From positions 4,208 through 68,207 of the forward strand of contig JAFGHD010000002.1 in NCBI GenBank assembly GCA_016939365.1: 64,000 nucleotides of DNA, read 5' to 3'. This document shows, piece after piece, positions 29,246 through 38,673 of the stretch. The notes under the pieces are model-generated. The model did not search any database, had not been told where the DNA came from, and worked only from the letters and a program-made list of their open reading frames with translations. A program made the translations under genes and the position numbers. Positions within the stretch are counted from its first letter, which is position 1. Every line of letters starts with the position of its first letter. The DNA comes from Bacteroidales bacterium (GTDB lineage: Bacteria; Bacteroidota; Bacteroidia; Bacteroidales; JAFGHD01).

Positions 29246-30667
29246 ATGAGTGAAAGGCAACGAACCATCCAGTCGCCGGTATCTGTCTCCGGGAAAGGCT
29301 TGCATTCAGGGCTGACTGTCAATATGACATTCTGGCCTGCCGATACGAACCATGGAATCCGCTTCAGACGTGCCGACCTTGACAACCAACCGGTAATCCG
29401 GGCTGACTGTAATCTGGTTTCAGATACCAACAGGGGAACCAGTCTTTTGGAAAATGGAGCATCGGTAAGCACAATCGAGCATGTGATGGCAGCGTTGAGA
29501 GGGCTTGAAATCGACAATGTGCTTATCGATGTTGACAATCAGGAAATACCCATTCTGGACGGAAGTTCGCGTTTTTTTACCGAAGCTCTGTTAAAGGCAG
29601 GGTTCCGTGAGCAAAATGCGGAACGGATCAGCATTGCAATTGACCGTGTCATCATTTACCAGGACAGTTCCCGCAAGACTGAGTTTATCGCTATTCCGGC
29701 GGATGAATTCAGGGTGACGGTGATGATCGACTATGAAACGGAAGTGCTGGGCACTCAAAATGCCGCCCTGGAGCACATCTCCGATTTCAAGAATGAGATT
29801 GCCAACTGCCGGACTTTCGTTTTTCTTCATGAACTGGAATACCTGCTGCAAAACGACCTGATCAAGGGCGGTGACCTCAGTAATGCCATTGTCTTTGTCA
29901 ACCGGCTAATCAGCCAGGAAGAACTTGACCGCCTGGCCCGTCTTTTCAAAAAGCCTTCAGTCAAGGTTTTGAACAAAGGCATTCTGAATAACCTGGAGCT
30001 TTATTTTGAGAATGAGCCCGCCCGGCACAAGCTTCTTGATGTTGTCGGGGATCTTTCCCTTGTGGGAACCCCATTCAAGGCCCACATCATTGCCAGAAGA
30101 CCAGGGCACGGAGCCAATGTTCACTTTGCGAAAATTCTCAAACAATATATTGTGGAAAAGAAGATGCGACGGTTTGTTCCTCCCTTTGACCTGAACAAGT
30201 CCCCCTTGTACGATATCAACGTGATCAAGCAACTTCTCCCGCACCGGCCACCCTTTCTCCTGGTGGATAAGATAATAGACAAGGATGAGACACATGTGAT
30301 CGGCGTCAAAAATGTGACCATGAACGAAAGTTACTTCATGGGCCATTTCCCCGATGAGCCGGTCATGCCCGGAGTATTGCAGATTGAAGCCATGGCTCAG
30401 ACCGGAGGTTTGTTTATGCTCGGTTCTGTCAAGGATCCCGGAAATTACGCCACCTATTTCCTGAAAATTGACAATGTCAGGTTTCGGAGTAAAGTGGTGC
30501 CCGGAGACACCCTGGTTTTTTCGCTTGAGCTGGTTTCACCGATCAGGCGGGGATTGTGCCATATGAAGGGTGTGGCCTACGTTGCTGATAAGCCCGTGAT
30601 GGAAGCGGAGATGCTGGCACAGATATCCAGAAAAAAGACAAAGCAATCCTCCAAACAGAAAGAATGA
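29246..30667 (+). CDS. lpxC/fabZ: bifunctional UDP-3-O-acyl-GlcNAc deacetylase / 3-hydroxyacyl-ACP dehydratase (LpxC-FabZ fusion)
   Basis: The N-terminal approximately 300 aa are LpxC-like (SGKGLHSG, TIEHVMAAL, RPGHGANV). The C-terminal hot-dog domain has FabZ blocks (LPHRPPFLLVDKI, GHFPDEPVMPGVLQIEAMAQ). Confidence 0.95.
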   Translation: MSERQRTIQSPVSVSGKGLHSGLTVNMTFWPADTNHGIRFRRADLDNQPVIRADCNLVSDTNRGTSLLENGASVSTIEHVMAALRGLEIDNVLIDVDNQEIPILDGSSRFFTEALLKAGFREQNAERISIAIDRVIIYQDSSRKTEFIAIPADEFRVTVMIDYETEVLGTQNAALEHISDFKNEIANCRTFVFLHELEYLLQNDLIKGGDLSNAIVFVNRLISQEELDRLARLFKKPSVKVLNKGILNNLELYFENEPARHKLLDVVGDLSLVGTPFKAHIIARRPGHGANVHFAKILKQYIVEKKMRRFVPPFDLNKSPLYDINVIKQLLPHRPPFLLVDKIIDKDETHVIGVKNVTMNESYFMGHFPDEPVMPGVLQIEAMAQTGGLFMLGSVKDPGNYATYFLKIDNVRFRSKVVPGDTLVFSLELVSPIRRGLCHMKGVAYVADKPVMEAEMLAQISRKKTKQSSKQKE

Positions 30668-31458
30668 ATCAACCGTTAGCATATGTGCACCCTCAGGCCA
30701 AGGTGGCAAAAAATGCTGTAATTGAGCCTTTCGTAAACATTGAAGGCAACGTTGAGATCGGAGAAGGAACATGGATTGGCTCCAATGTGACCATCATGGA
30801 AGGTGTCCGTATCGGCAGGAACTGCAAGATATTTCCGGGAGCTGTCATTGGTGCCATACCTCAGGACATGAAGTATTCCGGTGAGAATACACTGGTAAAA
30901 ATCGGTGACAATACGACCATCCGCGAATTTGTGACCATTAACAGGGGTACGAAGGCAAGCTGGGAAACGGTCATTGGTGATTATTGCCTGATGATGGCCT
31001 ATGTGCATGTAGCCCATGACTGTATCGTGGGCAATAATTGCATCCTGGCCAATGCAGTCAATCTGGCCGGACATATTGAAATCGATGATTGGGCCATCGT
31101 GGGAGGCCTGACCGCCGTTCATCAGTTCGTGAAGATCGGTGCACACGTAATCATTGGTGGCGGTTCCTTGGTCAGAAAGGATGTCCCACCATATACCAAG
31201 GCTGCCCGCGAACCGCTTTCATATTCGGGCGTGAATTCCATCGGGTTGAGAAGGCGTGGTTTTTCCAATGATAAAATCAATGAAATACAGGATATTTACA
31301 GAATTTTGTACCTGAAGGGGTACAACGTGACTCAGGCGGTACGGTACATTGAGACCAACATGCCTTCCAGCCCCGAAAGAGACGAAATCCTGTCATTTAT
31401 CTCAAGGTCTACGCGTGGTATCATGAAGGGGTACTCCCGCCTTCCCGTCAATAGCTGA
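30664..31458 (+). CDS. lpxA: acyl-ACP--UDP-N-acetylglucosamine O-acyltransferase LpxA
   Basis: ATGA overlap with the lpxC-fabZ stop. Hexapeptide beta-helix plus an LpxA C-terminal helical domain (SGVNSIGLRRRGFS...EIQDIYRILY). Confidence 0.95.
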   Translation: MNQPLAYVHPQAKVAKNAVIEPFVNIEGNVEIGEGTWIGSNVTIMEGVRIGRNCKIFPGAVIGAIPQDMKYSGENTLVKIGDNTTIREFVTINRGTKASWETVIGDYCLMMAYVHVAHDCIVGNNCILANAVNLAGHIEIDDWAIVGGLTAVHQFVKIGAHVIIGGGSLVRKDVPPYTKAAREPLSYSGVNSIGLRRRGFSNDKINEIQDIYRILYLKGYNVTQAVRYIETNMPSSPERDEILSFISRSTRGIMKGYSRLPVNS

Positions 31459-31533
31459 TTTTCTCTTCATTATTATTGTCATTAACACAACTTATCACGA
31501 TAGAATGGTTTAAAACTGGAGGTACAATATATT

Positions 31534-32100
31534 ATGGCAACAACTGCAGATTTCAGAAACGGATTGTGTATCTACTTTAATGATGATCTTTACTCCATCA
31601 TTGAGTTTCAGCATGTAAAGCCAGGCAAGGGCGGCGCATTTGTGAGAACCAAGCTCAAAAACCTGAAAACGGGCAGGGTCATCAGTCATACCTTTAATGC
31701 AGGAGTGAAGATTGATGTGGCCCGCGTGGAGCGAAGACCCTATCAGTTCCTGTTCAAGGACGAAACCGGATATCATTTCATGCATACCGGTAACTTTGAG
31801 CAGGTCTACATCCCCGAAGAACTGATCGAGGCATCTCAATTCCTGAAAGAATCACAGGAGGTCGAAATCGTATTTCACGCGGATACCGAAACGCCCCTGA
31901 GTTGTGAATTACCGGCATATGTGATACTGCAAATCACTTACACGGAGCCCGGAGAAAGAGGGAATACGGCTACCAATGCCATGAAGGATGCCAGGCTTGA
32001 GACTGGAGCAACGATCAAGGTTCCACTCTTCATTAATACCGGTGAAAAAATCCGTGTGGATACACGATCAGGTTCCTATTCCGAACGTGTCAAGGAATAA
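31534..32100 (+). CDS. efp: elongation factor P
   Basis: 188 aa. The N-terminus [44 protein letters not shown] is canonical EF-P. Confidence 0.97.
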   Translation: MATTADFRNGLCIYFNDDLYSIIEFQHVKPGKGGAFVRTKLKNLKTGRVISHTFNAGVKIDVARVERRPYQFLFKDETGYHFMHTGNFEQVYIPEELIEASQFLKESQEVEIVFHADTETPLSCELPAYVILQITYTEPGERGNTATNAMKDARLETGATIKVPLFINTGEKIRVDTRSGSYSERVKE

Positions 32101-32145
32101 GAATCCGGCTATTCCCGCTGTCAAACTGATACATTATCCTGCCTT

Positions 32146-33111
32146 ATGAAGATCGATCCACCCGTCAGTGTGAAGGAACTGGCAGAAAAACTAGGCATTT
32201 CATTTACCGGTAACCCGGAACATCCCGTGTCCGGATTGAATGAAATCCACATGGTGGAACCGGGAGATATTACGTTTGTGGATCATCCCAAATATTATAA
32301 CAGGGCCCTCTTTTCTAAAGCCACCACCATAATCATCAACAAGGAAGTGGATTGCCCTGAGGGAAAAGCCTTGCTTCTGTCCGAGGATCCATTCCGGGAT
32401 TTCATGAAGATGATCTCTCTTCTCCGCCCCTTTGTACCTGCTTCCCGGCTGATCAATGAAACGTCGCAGATAGGAGAACATTCGGTGATCCAGCCAGGGG
32501 CTTTTATCGGCAATAATGTGGTCATCGGAAAGCATTGCATTATTCACCCCGGTGCGGTAATCTACGATCATTGTATGATCGGTGATCATGTCATTATTCA
32601 TTCAAATAGTGTTATTGGTGCGGATGCATTCTATTTTCAAAGACGCTCCGATCATGTTGTGAAATTTCTGTCCTGCGGGCGAACGATCATCAATGACCAT
32701 GTTGAGATCGGTGCCTGTTCCACTGTGGACAGGGGCGTCACAGGAGATACCATCATTGGGGAATATACCAAATTTGACAATCACGTTCATATCGGCCATG
32801 ATACGGTTATCGGGAAAAGATGTTTTTTTGCGGCTTCGGTTATTGTTGGTGGAGTGACCCGCATTGGCAATGATGTCACAGTCTGGGGACAGGTGGCCAT
32901 CAATAAGGGACTGATTATTGGTGATGGGGTTGTCTTGCTGGGTACTTCGGCCGTCGACAAGGATCTGGAAGGCCATAAGACCTATTTCGGAGCTCCGGCA
33001 GAGGAAGCCAAAAAAAAATGGAAGGAGATGGCCGCTATCCGCTCAATGGCAGAAGATTACATGAGGATACAAAAAAAGACAAACATATCTGATCTTACAG
33101 GAGATGCCTGA
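32146..33111 (+). CDS. second LpxD-like UDP-3-O-acylglucosamine N-acyltransferase paralog
   Basis: LpxD-type N-terminal domain ([37 protein letters not shown]) followed by hexapeptide repeats. It is 25 aa shorter than the upstream lpxD. Confidence 0.8.
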   Translation: MKIDPPVSVKELAEKLGISFTGNPEHPVSGLNEIHMVEPGDITFVDHPKYYNRALFSKATTIIINKEVDCPEGKALLLSEDPFRDFMKMISLLRPFVPASRLINETSQIGEHSVIQPGAFIGNNVVIGKHCIIHPGAVIYDHCMIGDHVIIHSNSVIGADAFYFQRRSDHVVKFLSCGRTIINDHVEIGACSTVDRGVTGDTIIGEYTKFDNHVHIGHDTVIGKRCFFAASVIVGGVTRIGNDVTVWGQVAINKGLIIGDGVVLLGTSAVDKDLEGHKTYFGAPAEEAKKKWKEMAAIRSMAEDYMRIQKKTNISDLTGDA

Positions 33112-34171
33112 ACGGTAACAGCATCCTCTCAAATATCTTCTGGATCGCCGGTCTTCTTTTCCATTTTTCGTAATTGAAATTCTCGCAGTTTTTTATGGTT
33201 TCCCGGATGTGCCCGTCGATCTGTTTCACTGCCATCGGATCTCTTCCCACAATGGCGATTTCATGCATGTACCTGAAGCTCCGGTAATCAAAGTTGGGAG
33301 AACCAACGGAGAATACTTCCCGGTCGATGAGCAGAAGCTTGGCGTGCAGGTTATGGGGCAGGTAAAACAACAACCTGATCCCCTGTTTATGTAACATCCC
33401 GAGATACCGGTTCCGAAGAATGTCCACCAGGCCCACATCTGAGTGCTTTGGCATGATGACCGTCACCGCAACATCCCTTTTTGCAGCATCGGTCAAAGCT
33501 TTCCTGACGAGGTATCCCGGAAGAAAATAGGGTGTTTCGATGATGACCTCCCTGCCGGCAGTCCGGATCAACTCAATATATCTTCTCCTGATCCTCTGCC
33601 TTGTCAGGGAAGGCACATCCTGAAGAATCTCGCAGTCGCCGTGCCTGATCTTCCTGATCGGAGTCATCTTCTCGAAGACATACTTGTTAAAAGAGTTGAA
33701 GTCATTAATAAAGATTCGTTTCAACAACTGTGTCAGATCCGAGCGGACCCTGAGAAATGATTCGCGCCAGTTGAGAGAGTAGTCTGTAATATTTCCGGAA
33801 CCGATATAAGAGATCCTGTCGTCAATCAAAAGCAATTTCCGGTGATTGCGGCGGTGATTCTTTGTGAAAAAATCCCAGAATAATTTGATTTTTTTAAAAA
33901 ACCTTACCTCTCCCCCATGCCTGATCAATTCATGAAAGAAGGAGGAAGGTAAGGATGTCCCCCATGAATCCAACAATAGTTTGATCTCAACACCTTCCTT
34001 GGCTTTACGGGTGATCAGATCCCTGAATTTGATCCCGATGGAGTCGTTGTTAAAACGGTATGTCTGAAGGTAAATATAGTCTCTGGCATGCTCAATGTCA
34101 TCCAACATCGCATGGTAATACCTTATGGGATCGTCAAAAAGCCGGTACTCTTTATCGCTGGAGTTTGTCAT
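33095..34171 (-). CDS. phospholipase D-family protein (cardiolipin-synthase ClsB-like, no TM segment)
   Basis: Two HKD motifs: [19 protein letters not shown] and [19 protein letters not shown]. The 3' end overlaps the convergent lpxD paralog by 17 nt. Confidence 0.85.
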   Translation of the reverse strand: MTNSSDKEYRLFDDPIRYYHAMLDDIEHARDYIYLQTYRFNNDSIGIKFRDLITRKAKEGVEIKLLLDSWGTSLPSSFFHELIRHGGEVRFFKKIKLFWDFFTKNHRRNHRKLLLIDDRISYIGSGNITDYSLNWRESFLRVRSDLTQLLKRIFINDFNSFNKYVFEKMTPIRKIRHGDCEILQDVPSLTRQRIRRRYIELIRTAGREVIIETPYFLPGYLVRKALTDAAKRDVAVTVIMPKHSDVGLVDILRNRYLGMLHKQGIRLLFYLPHNLHAKLLLIDREVFSVGSPNFDYRSFRYMHEIAIVGRDPMAVKQIDGHIRETIKNCENFNYEKWKRRPAIQKIFERMLLPFRHLL

Positions 34172-34223
34172 CCTCGTCTTCCGTATTCTGTCGGCTCTTT
34201 ATATGCGAAAATAACAAAAAGGC

Positions 34224-37085
34224 TTAAACCACGGGGTGGGAAACCTGCCGGAAGCAAATTCCTGAATAGGGACAATACCGGCATGCATCCGCATCCCCGG
34301 TTTGAATAAATGGCCGCGAATCATCAATCAGTTCATCAACGATGTTTCCCAGCAATTCCCTGAATTTATCCGTTGACTCACTGATTGTGCCTTCAGGCAC
34401 CTGTAGTGCCAGTATTCCCGATTCAGGCTGACGCATGGATATGATGCCCGCTCTGATTTGGGAAGGTTCTCCTTCTGTATTTCGCTCCAAGAGCCAGCTG
34501 TATAAAAGAAGCTGGAAGACCTTGCTTTTGTTTTCCTCCCTGATTTCTCCCCATGATTTCAGGACAAGGTCTCTTTTCTGGACATTACCGGTCTTGTAAT
34601 CAATGATTCTATATTCATCCCTTCTTCTGTCCACCCGGTCCAGTATGCCTGTGAAATTGGCCTGCAGGGATTTTCCCTTGAAGATGTTTGTTTCAGTGAA
34701 GGAAATGAGTTTTTTCTCAAGGTAAAATACTTCCCAGGGATCCGTGTCCTGAGTATGGCGGAATGCTTCCAGGTATCTGATGATCATTGATTCAGTGACA
34801 CGCATCATCAGCTTATTCCTTCCGGATGACATATCGCCCCCCGGATAAACGATTTTGAATGAATTTTTCAGGAGTTCGGGGATTTTCTCTGCCATGTTGC
34901 GGTATGCATCTTGTGGTATGGCTTTACCAATCCAGGGATTGTAAAGATGTTTCAGCACATCATGGATTACTGTGCCAAGTACATGGTCTTCAACTGACTC
35001 AGCCACGTCCTGAGGTTCCATGATACGGGCAACATACCTGAAATAGAACCTGAGACTGCACTGTAAATATGTGGTCATTGCTGTGGAGGACAATCCTGAT
35101 TGCAACAGGTTCAGCAGTTGGTTCATTATGTCAGGCACCTTATTGATCGTGACGGTCTGATGCCTGTCCGGTTGTGGCTCGAAGGACACGATCTCTTCAG
35201 TTATCTGCACACCGGGGGCCTTGTGAGGCATTTCATGGAGCAACTGGGTGATAAAACGGCTCATCTCCCCGCCTCCAAGCCCGCCGGGTTCGGTATTGTA
35301 AAGCAGCCAGATGTTTTCTGCTCTTTGCATCAAACGGTAAAAGTGATATGCATAGATTGCATGATGTTCTGAAGGAAGGGAAAGGCCAAACTCCCTGCGG
35401 ATATCAACCGGTATGAAGGTGGGAGGAATGCCGTGTGCCGGCAGGAAATCTTCATTGACAGATAACATGATGATGTTCCTGAAATCGATTGATCTGGTCT
35501 CCAGCATTCCCATTACCTGAAGACCCTTGAGAGGTTCGCCGTGCAAGGGTATCCTGAATTGCCTTGAAATGAGCCGGATAACGGCTCTCATATCCTCCAA
35601 GGTGGTGATGCAGGAATAGGTTTCTGCAAGGTTCCTGATCCTGATCATCATCCGTTGAGTGAAATCACACTGTTCAAACTCCTGAATCCGGCTGTTATCT
35701 TTAGCGTTTATTTCACCGTATTTCCCTTTGATGACTTCCAGCCACCGGCACATTACCTGTAGCGCTTTCAAGGGCATGATGTTCCAGTCACAGAAAAGTT
35801 CTTCCGCATCAAGCCCGGCGGAATGCAGAGGCAAACCGCACAATTGGATCAACTCCTGCCCGGGGAAATAGGCCTTCCCTGTTTTTCTAAGAATCGCCGG
35901 AAGTGCTTTCAAGCCATTCCCGTTGTTTTCCGAAAAAATTAAAAGGCTGGAATGTGAAAACAAACGGATCAGGTCCTTGAAATAAAAGCAATTTAGTCTA
36001 TTGTTTACATATGTTTCCGGCTTTCCGGGATGGTCATGAAGATCAAGCAAGGATTCAATCAGTGAATAAAAGACAGAATGTGATAAAGGTATCCCCATTG
36101 TAACATTGAAGTGGCCACACTGGTCTGCAATGGCGTTCAGCAAAGGAAGCAGCATTTGGTTGTCATTCAGGACAAGGGCCGTGTCATCCGTTTTTTCTCC
36201 ACATGAAATGATATCGCGGATCAGTTTCCCGGCCACCTGGGCCTGCCCGTTAAATCCAGGCACTCCGAGGATATTGATCTTTTTGGAGCTGGCGGTGAAA
36301 TGATCTTCCATCCAGAGGAAGCCCGAACCATGCCTGCGCATGAACTTTCTCAAGAAGCGGCCTGCTTCATGATCCTCATCCTCTGCATAATAACGATCTG
36401 CATCCCAGAATATCCGGGCTTGTCTCCTTTCCGTCAGTATCTCCATTACCTTTTCCTCAGCCGGGGAAAGTGCATTGAATCCTGCAAAAACAACTGATTT
36501 CCACCTGTCCAGAACCAGACCATCCTTCAGTTTTTCCACCGCCAGCCGGGAGGCCATTCCCTGGTATCCCAAACCTTTCCTGATCAGGACATCATGAAGC
36601 TCATTGTAATATCTTATCAGTGACCTGTAGAACTCCAGGTAATTTCTTTCATGCGCCGTCAGCGGGGTTTTGTCTGGATTCCATAAGGCTATGGCCTTGG
36701 CATCACTCAGGTAAGAGAAAATTTTTCCCGGATCCGCCAGACAAAGGTCAATGTCGTTAAAATCTGAAATGATCATCTGCCCCCATTCCGCAAATTCCCT
36801 GAGAGATGCATGCCCTTTGTCACCGGTAAGCTTTCTGTGGATCTCAAAAAGATCAAAAAGCAGGATCAGATCATCTGCAATCCGGACGCCGGAAATGTCG
36901 GAAACAAATTCTTCAATGGTCAATACATGCGGTGACCAGACAGGCGTTCCGATCAGGGATGAAATTTCCTTCCGGAGGTACAATCCCGCCCTTTTGTTGG
37001 GCAGTACCACACAGACATCCCTCAAATCATCGCCAATATGCCCGAGAATATGCTGAGCCAGATGTCCAAGAAACGATAATGTCAT
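34224..37085 (-). CDS. PD-(D/E)XK nuclease family protein, AddB-like with Fe-S cysteine staple
   Basis: 953 aa. The C-terminal nuclease block is ILDRVDRR...IIDYKTG. There are four Cys in AddB-like spacing: one upstream (TYLQCSLRFYF) and CRYCPYSGIC (C-x2-C-x5-C) at the end. I could not find a Walker A motif in the N-terminal part. Confidence 0.8.
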   Translation of the reverse strand: MTLSFLGHLAQHILGHIGDDLRDVCVVLPNKRAGLYLRKEISSLIGTPVWSPHVLTIEEFVSDISGVRIADDLILLFDLFEIHRKLTGDKGHASLREFAEWGQMIISDFNDIDLCLADPGKIFSYLSDAKAIALWNPDKTPLTAHERNYLEFYRSLIRYYNELHDVLIRKGLGYQGMASRLAVEKLKDGLVLDRWKSVVFAGFNALSPAEEKVMEILTERRQARIFWDADRYYAEDEDHEAGRFLRKFMRRHGSGFLWMEDHFTASSKKINILGVPGFNGQAQVAGKLIRDIISCGEKTDDTALVLNDNQMLLPLLNAIADQCGHFNVTMGIPLSHSVFYSLIESLLDLHDHPGKPETYVNNRLNCFYFKDLIRLFSHSSLLIFSENNGNGLKALPAILRKTGKAYFPGQELIQLCGLPLHSAGLDAEELFCDWNIMPLKALQVMCRWLEVIKGKYGEINAKDNSRIQEFEQCDFTQRMMIRIRNLAETYSCITTLEDMRAVIRLISRQFRIPLHGEPLKGLQVMGMLETRSIDFRNIIMLSVNEDFLPAHGIPPTFIPVDIRREFGLSLPSEHHAIYAYHFYRLMQRAENIWLLYNTEPGGLGGGEMSRFITQLLHEMPHKAPGVQITEEIVSFEPQPDRHQTVTINKVPDIMNQLLNLLQSGLSSTAMTTYLQCSLRFYFRYVARIMEPQDVAESVEDHVLGTVIHDVLKHLYNPWIGKAIPQDAYRNMAEKIPELLKNSFKIVYPGGDMSSGRNKLMMRVTESMIIRYLEAFRHTQDTDPWEVFYLEKKLISFTETNIFKGKSLQANFTGILDRVDRRRDEYRIIDYKTGNVQKRDLVLKSWGEIREENKSKVFQLLLYSWLLERNTEGEPSQIRAGIISMRQPESGILALQVPEGTISESTDKFRELLGNIVDELIDDSRPFIQTGDADACRYCPYSGICFRQVSHPVV

Positions 37086-37112
37086 AATCGTCCGGTCATG
37101 AATCAGGATGAA

Positions 37113-37811
37113 TTATCCCAAATTTTCGATTTTTCCCAAATCCAGCCATTCGGAATGATCGTGACTGTAATATCCGATCCTGTTTTCTTCAGAAAGCCGG
37201 AGGTACAACTCTACAAGGGAGAAAACCTCCCTTGCTTTGACCAGCGGGAACAATTCTGGACTGATGACCTGTATCCCGCTGAAGGCAAGATGCTCCAAAT
37301 GACCCCGATACGGTCTCGTGATGATCTTCTCACCGGTTGCTACATGCTCCCATCCGGAAAGCCAGCCCTCCTCGTCGAACAGTAAATATCTGTTCGATAT
37401 TCTTTTCTTAACTGCAAGGGTTGCCAGATTCGTTCCGCTGCAATGAAAATGATACATTTCCCTGAGTGACAGGTCGGTGCTGATATCTACATTGTGTACG
37501 AGGAAAGGTTTCTGATCATCGAAGAACCAGGAAGCGTTGATCAGCCCACCCCCAGTGTCCAGGAGCCTTTCGGTTTCGTCTGAGAACTCAATACGGACAC
37601 CGAAATGATCCTTTTGTGCGATAAATTCCCTGATCTGATCGGCAAAATGGTGTATGTTGATGATGATCTCATTGAAACCTTCATTGATGAGGCGATGGAT
37701 CACCCGTTCGATCATCGGTATTCCATGATAGGGAATCAGGGCTTTGGGGAGTGCATCCGTAAAGGGCCGGAGTCTGGTACCCAAGCCTGCTGACAGGATC
37801 ATGGCTTTCAT
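37113..37811 (-). CDS. sugar-1-phosphate nucleotidyltransferase, MurU-like (N-acetylmuramate alpha-1-phosphate uridylyltransferase-like)
   Basis: From the ATG at 37811, MKAMILSAGLGTRLRPFTDALPKALIP... is the canonical nucleotidyltransferase N-terminus, and the size of about 232 aa matches MurU-type enzymes. The track ORF extends to a TTG at 37982, adding a basic Cys-rich 57 aa (see findings). Confidence 0.8.
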   Translation of the reverse strand: MKAMILSAGLGTRLRPFTDALPKALIPYHGIPMIERVIHRLINEGFNEIIINIHHFADQIREFIAQKDHFGVRIEFSDETERLLDTGGGLINASWFFDDQKPFLVHNVDISTDLSLREMYHFHCSGTNLATLAVKKRISNRYLLFDEEGWLSGWEHVATGEKIITRPYRGHLEHLAFSGIQVISPELFPLVKAREVFSLVELYLRLSEENRIGYYSHDHSEWLDLGKIENLG

Positions 37812-37991
37812 GAAGCCCGTTTTTTTTTCAGGTTTGCAAAGATTCTTCTTCCTGTCGGCGGATGCATGGCATTTTCTACAGATGAAAACCGCACTCTTTA
37901 CGTCTGATTTCAGCCTTTGTTTCTTACATGCCCGTTTTTGACATCGGATCAATGCCCGGTAAGTTAATTGAAATGTTTTCAACCTTTTCTG

Positions 37992-38669
37992 TCATAGCGG
38001 CCTGTCCTCTTCGTCATGATAGATGTTGACGTTCAGCACAAACCGGATTTCACCCAGTCTTTGAAGTAGCTCCTTAGTATCTTTTCCCCTGCGTATGACG
38101 ACCCGGTAAAAGGCTTCGATCTGATTAGAGTTCTGTGTCTTCATATTGGTCAGGTGTATTTTTCGGCAATATTTGTTCAAAAGTTCATCCAATACCCGTT
38201 CTGATTGCTGATCCGGTTCATAGGACAATTGCAGGAGATGTTCATCCCATTGGGGATCGCCGAAGTGAAAAGATACGAGTATAACACTGATGAAACAGAT
38301 TACCAGGGTACCGGTAATGGCAATGACAAACAGGCCCACTCCTGCGGCCAGGCCGACAGCCAATGCCAGGAAGATAAAAACGATGTCCTGCACATCCCTG
38401 ATGGCAGTACGGAATCGGATGATAGACATGGCCCCTACCAGACCAAAGGCTCTGGCCAGGTTGTTTCCGATCACCATGATCACCACTGCAGTGATCATGG
38501 TTAACAGGATCAATGAATTTACATAGGAAGAGGAATAGCTGGTCCCCTTGTAAATAGCCCGGTAAACGATCGCGATCACCAGCCCGCAAACCAATGCTAC
38601 TCCGAGGTTAAAGAGTACCTGGGGCCAGGAGATGGTAATGGGGTCTAATGTCTGAATCTGTTCAAGCAT
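37992..38669 (-). CDS. DUF4956 domain-containing membrane protein
   Basis: Four hydrophobic helices including the GAMSIIRFRTAIRD block I associate with DUF4956, followed by a soluble C-terminal domain of about 90 aa. The start lies 4 nt after the VTC gene stop. Confidence 0.75.
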   Translation of the reverse strand: MLEQIQTLDPITISWPQVLFNLGVALVCGLVIAIVYRAIYKGTSYSSSYVNSLILLTMITAVVIMVIGNNLARAFGLVGAMSIIRFRTAIRDVQDIVFIFLALAVGLAAGVGLFVIAITGTLVICFISVILVSFHFGDPQWDEHLLQLSYEPDQQSERVLDELLNKYCRKIHLTNMKTQNSNQIEAFYRVVIRRGKDTKELLQRLGEIRFVLNVNIYHDEEDRPL

Positions 38670-38673
38670 AGGA

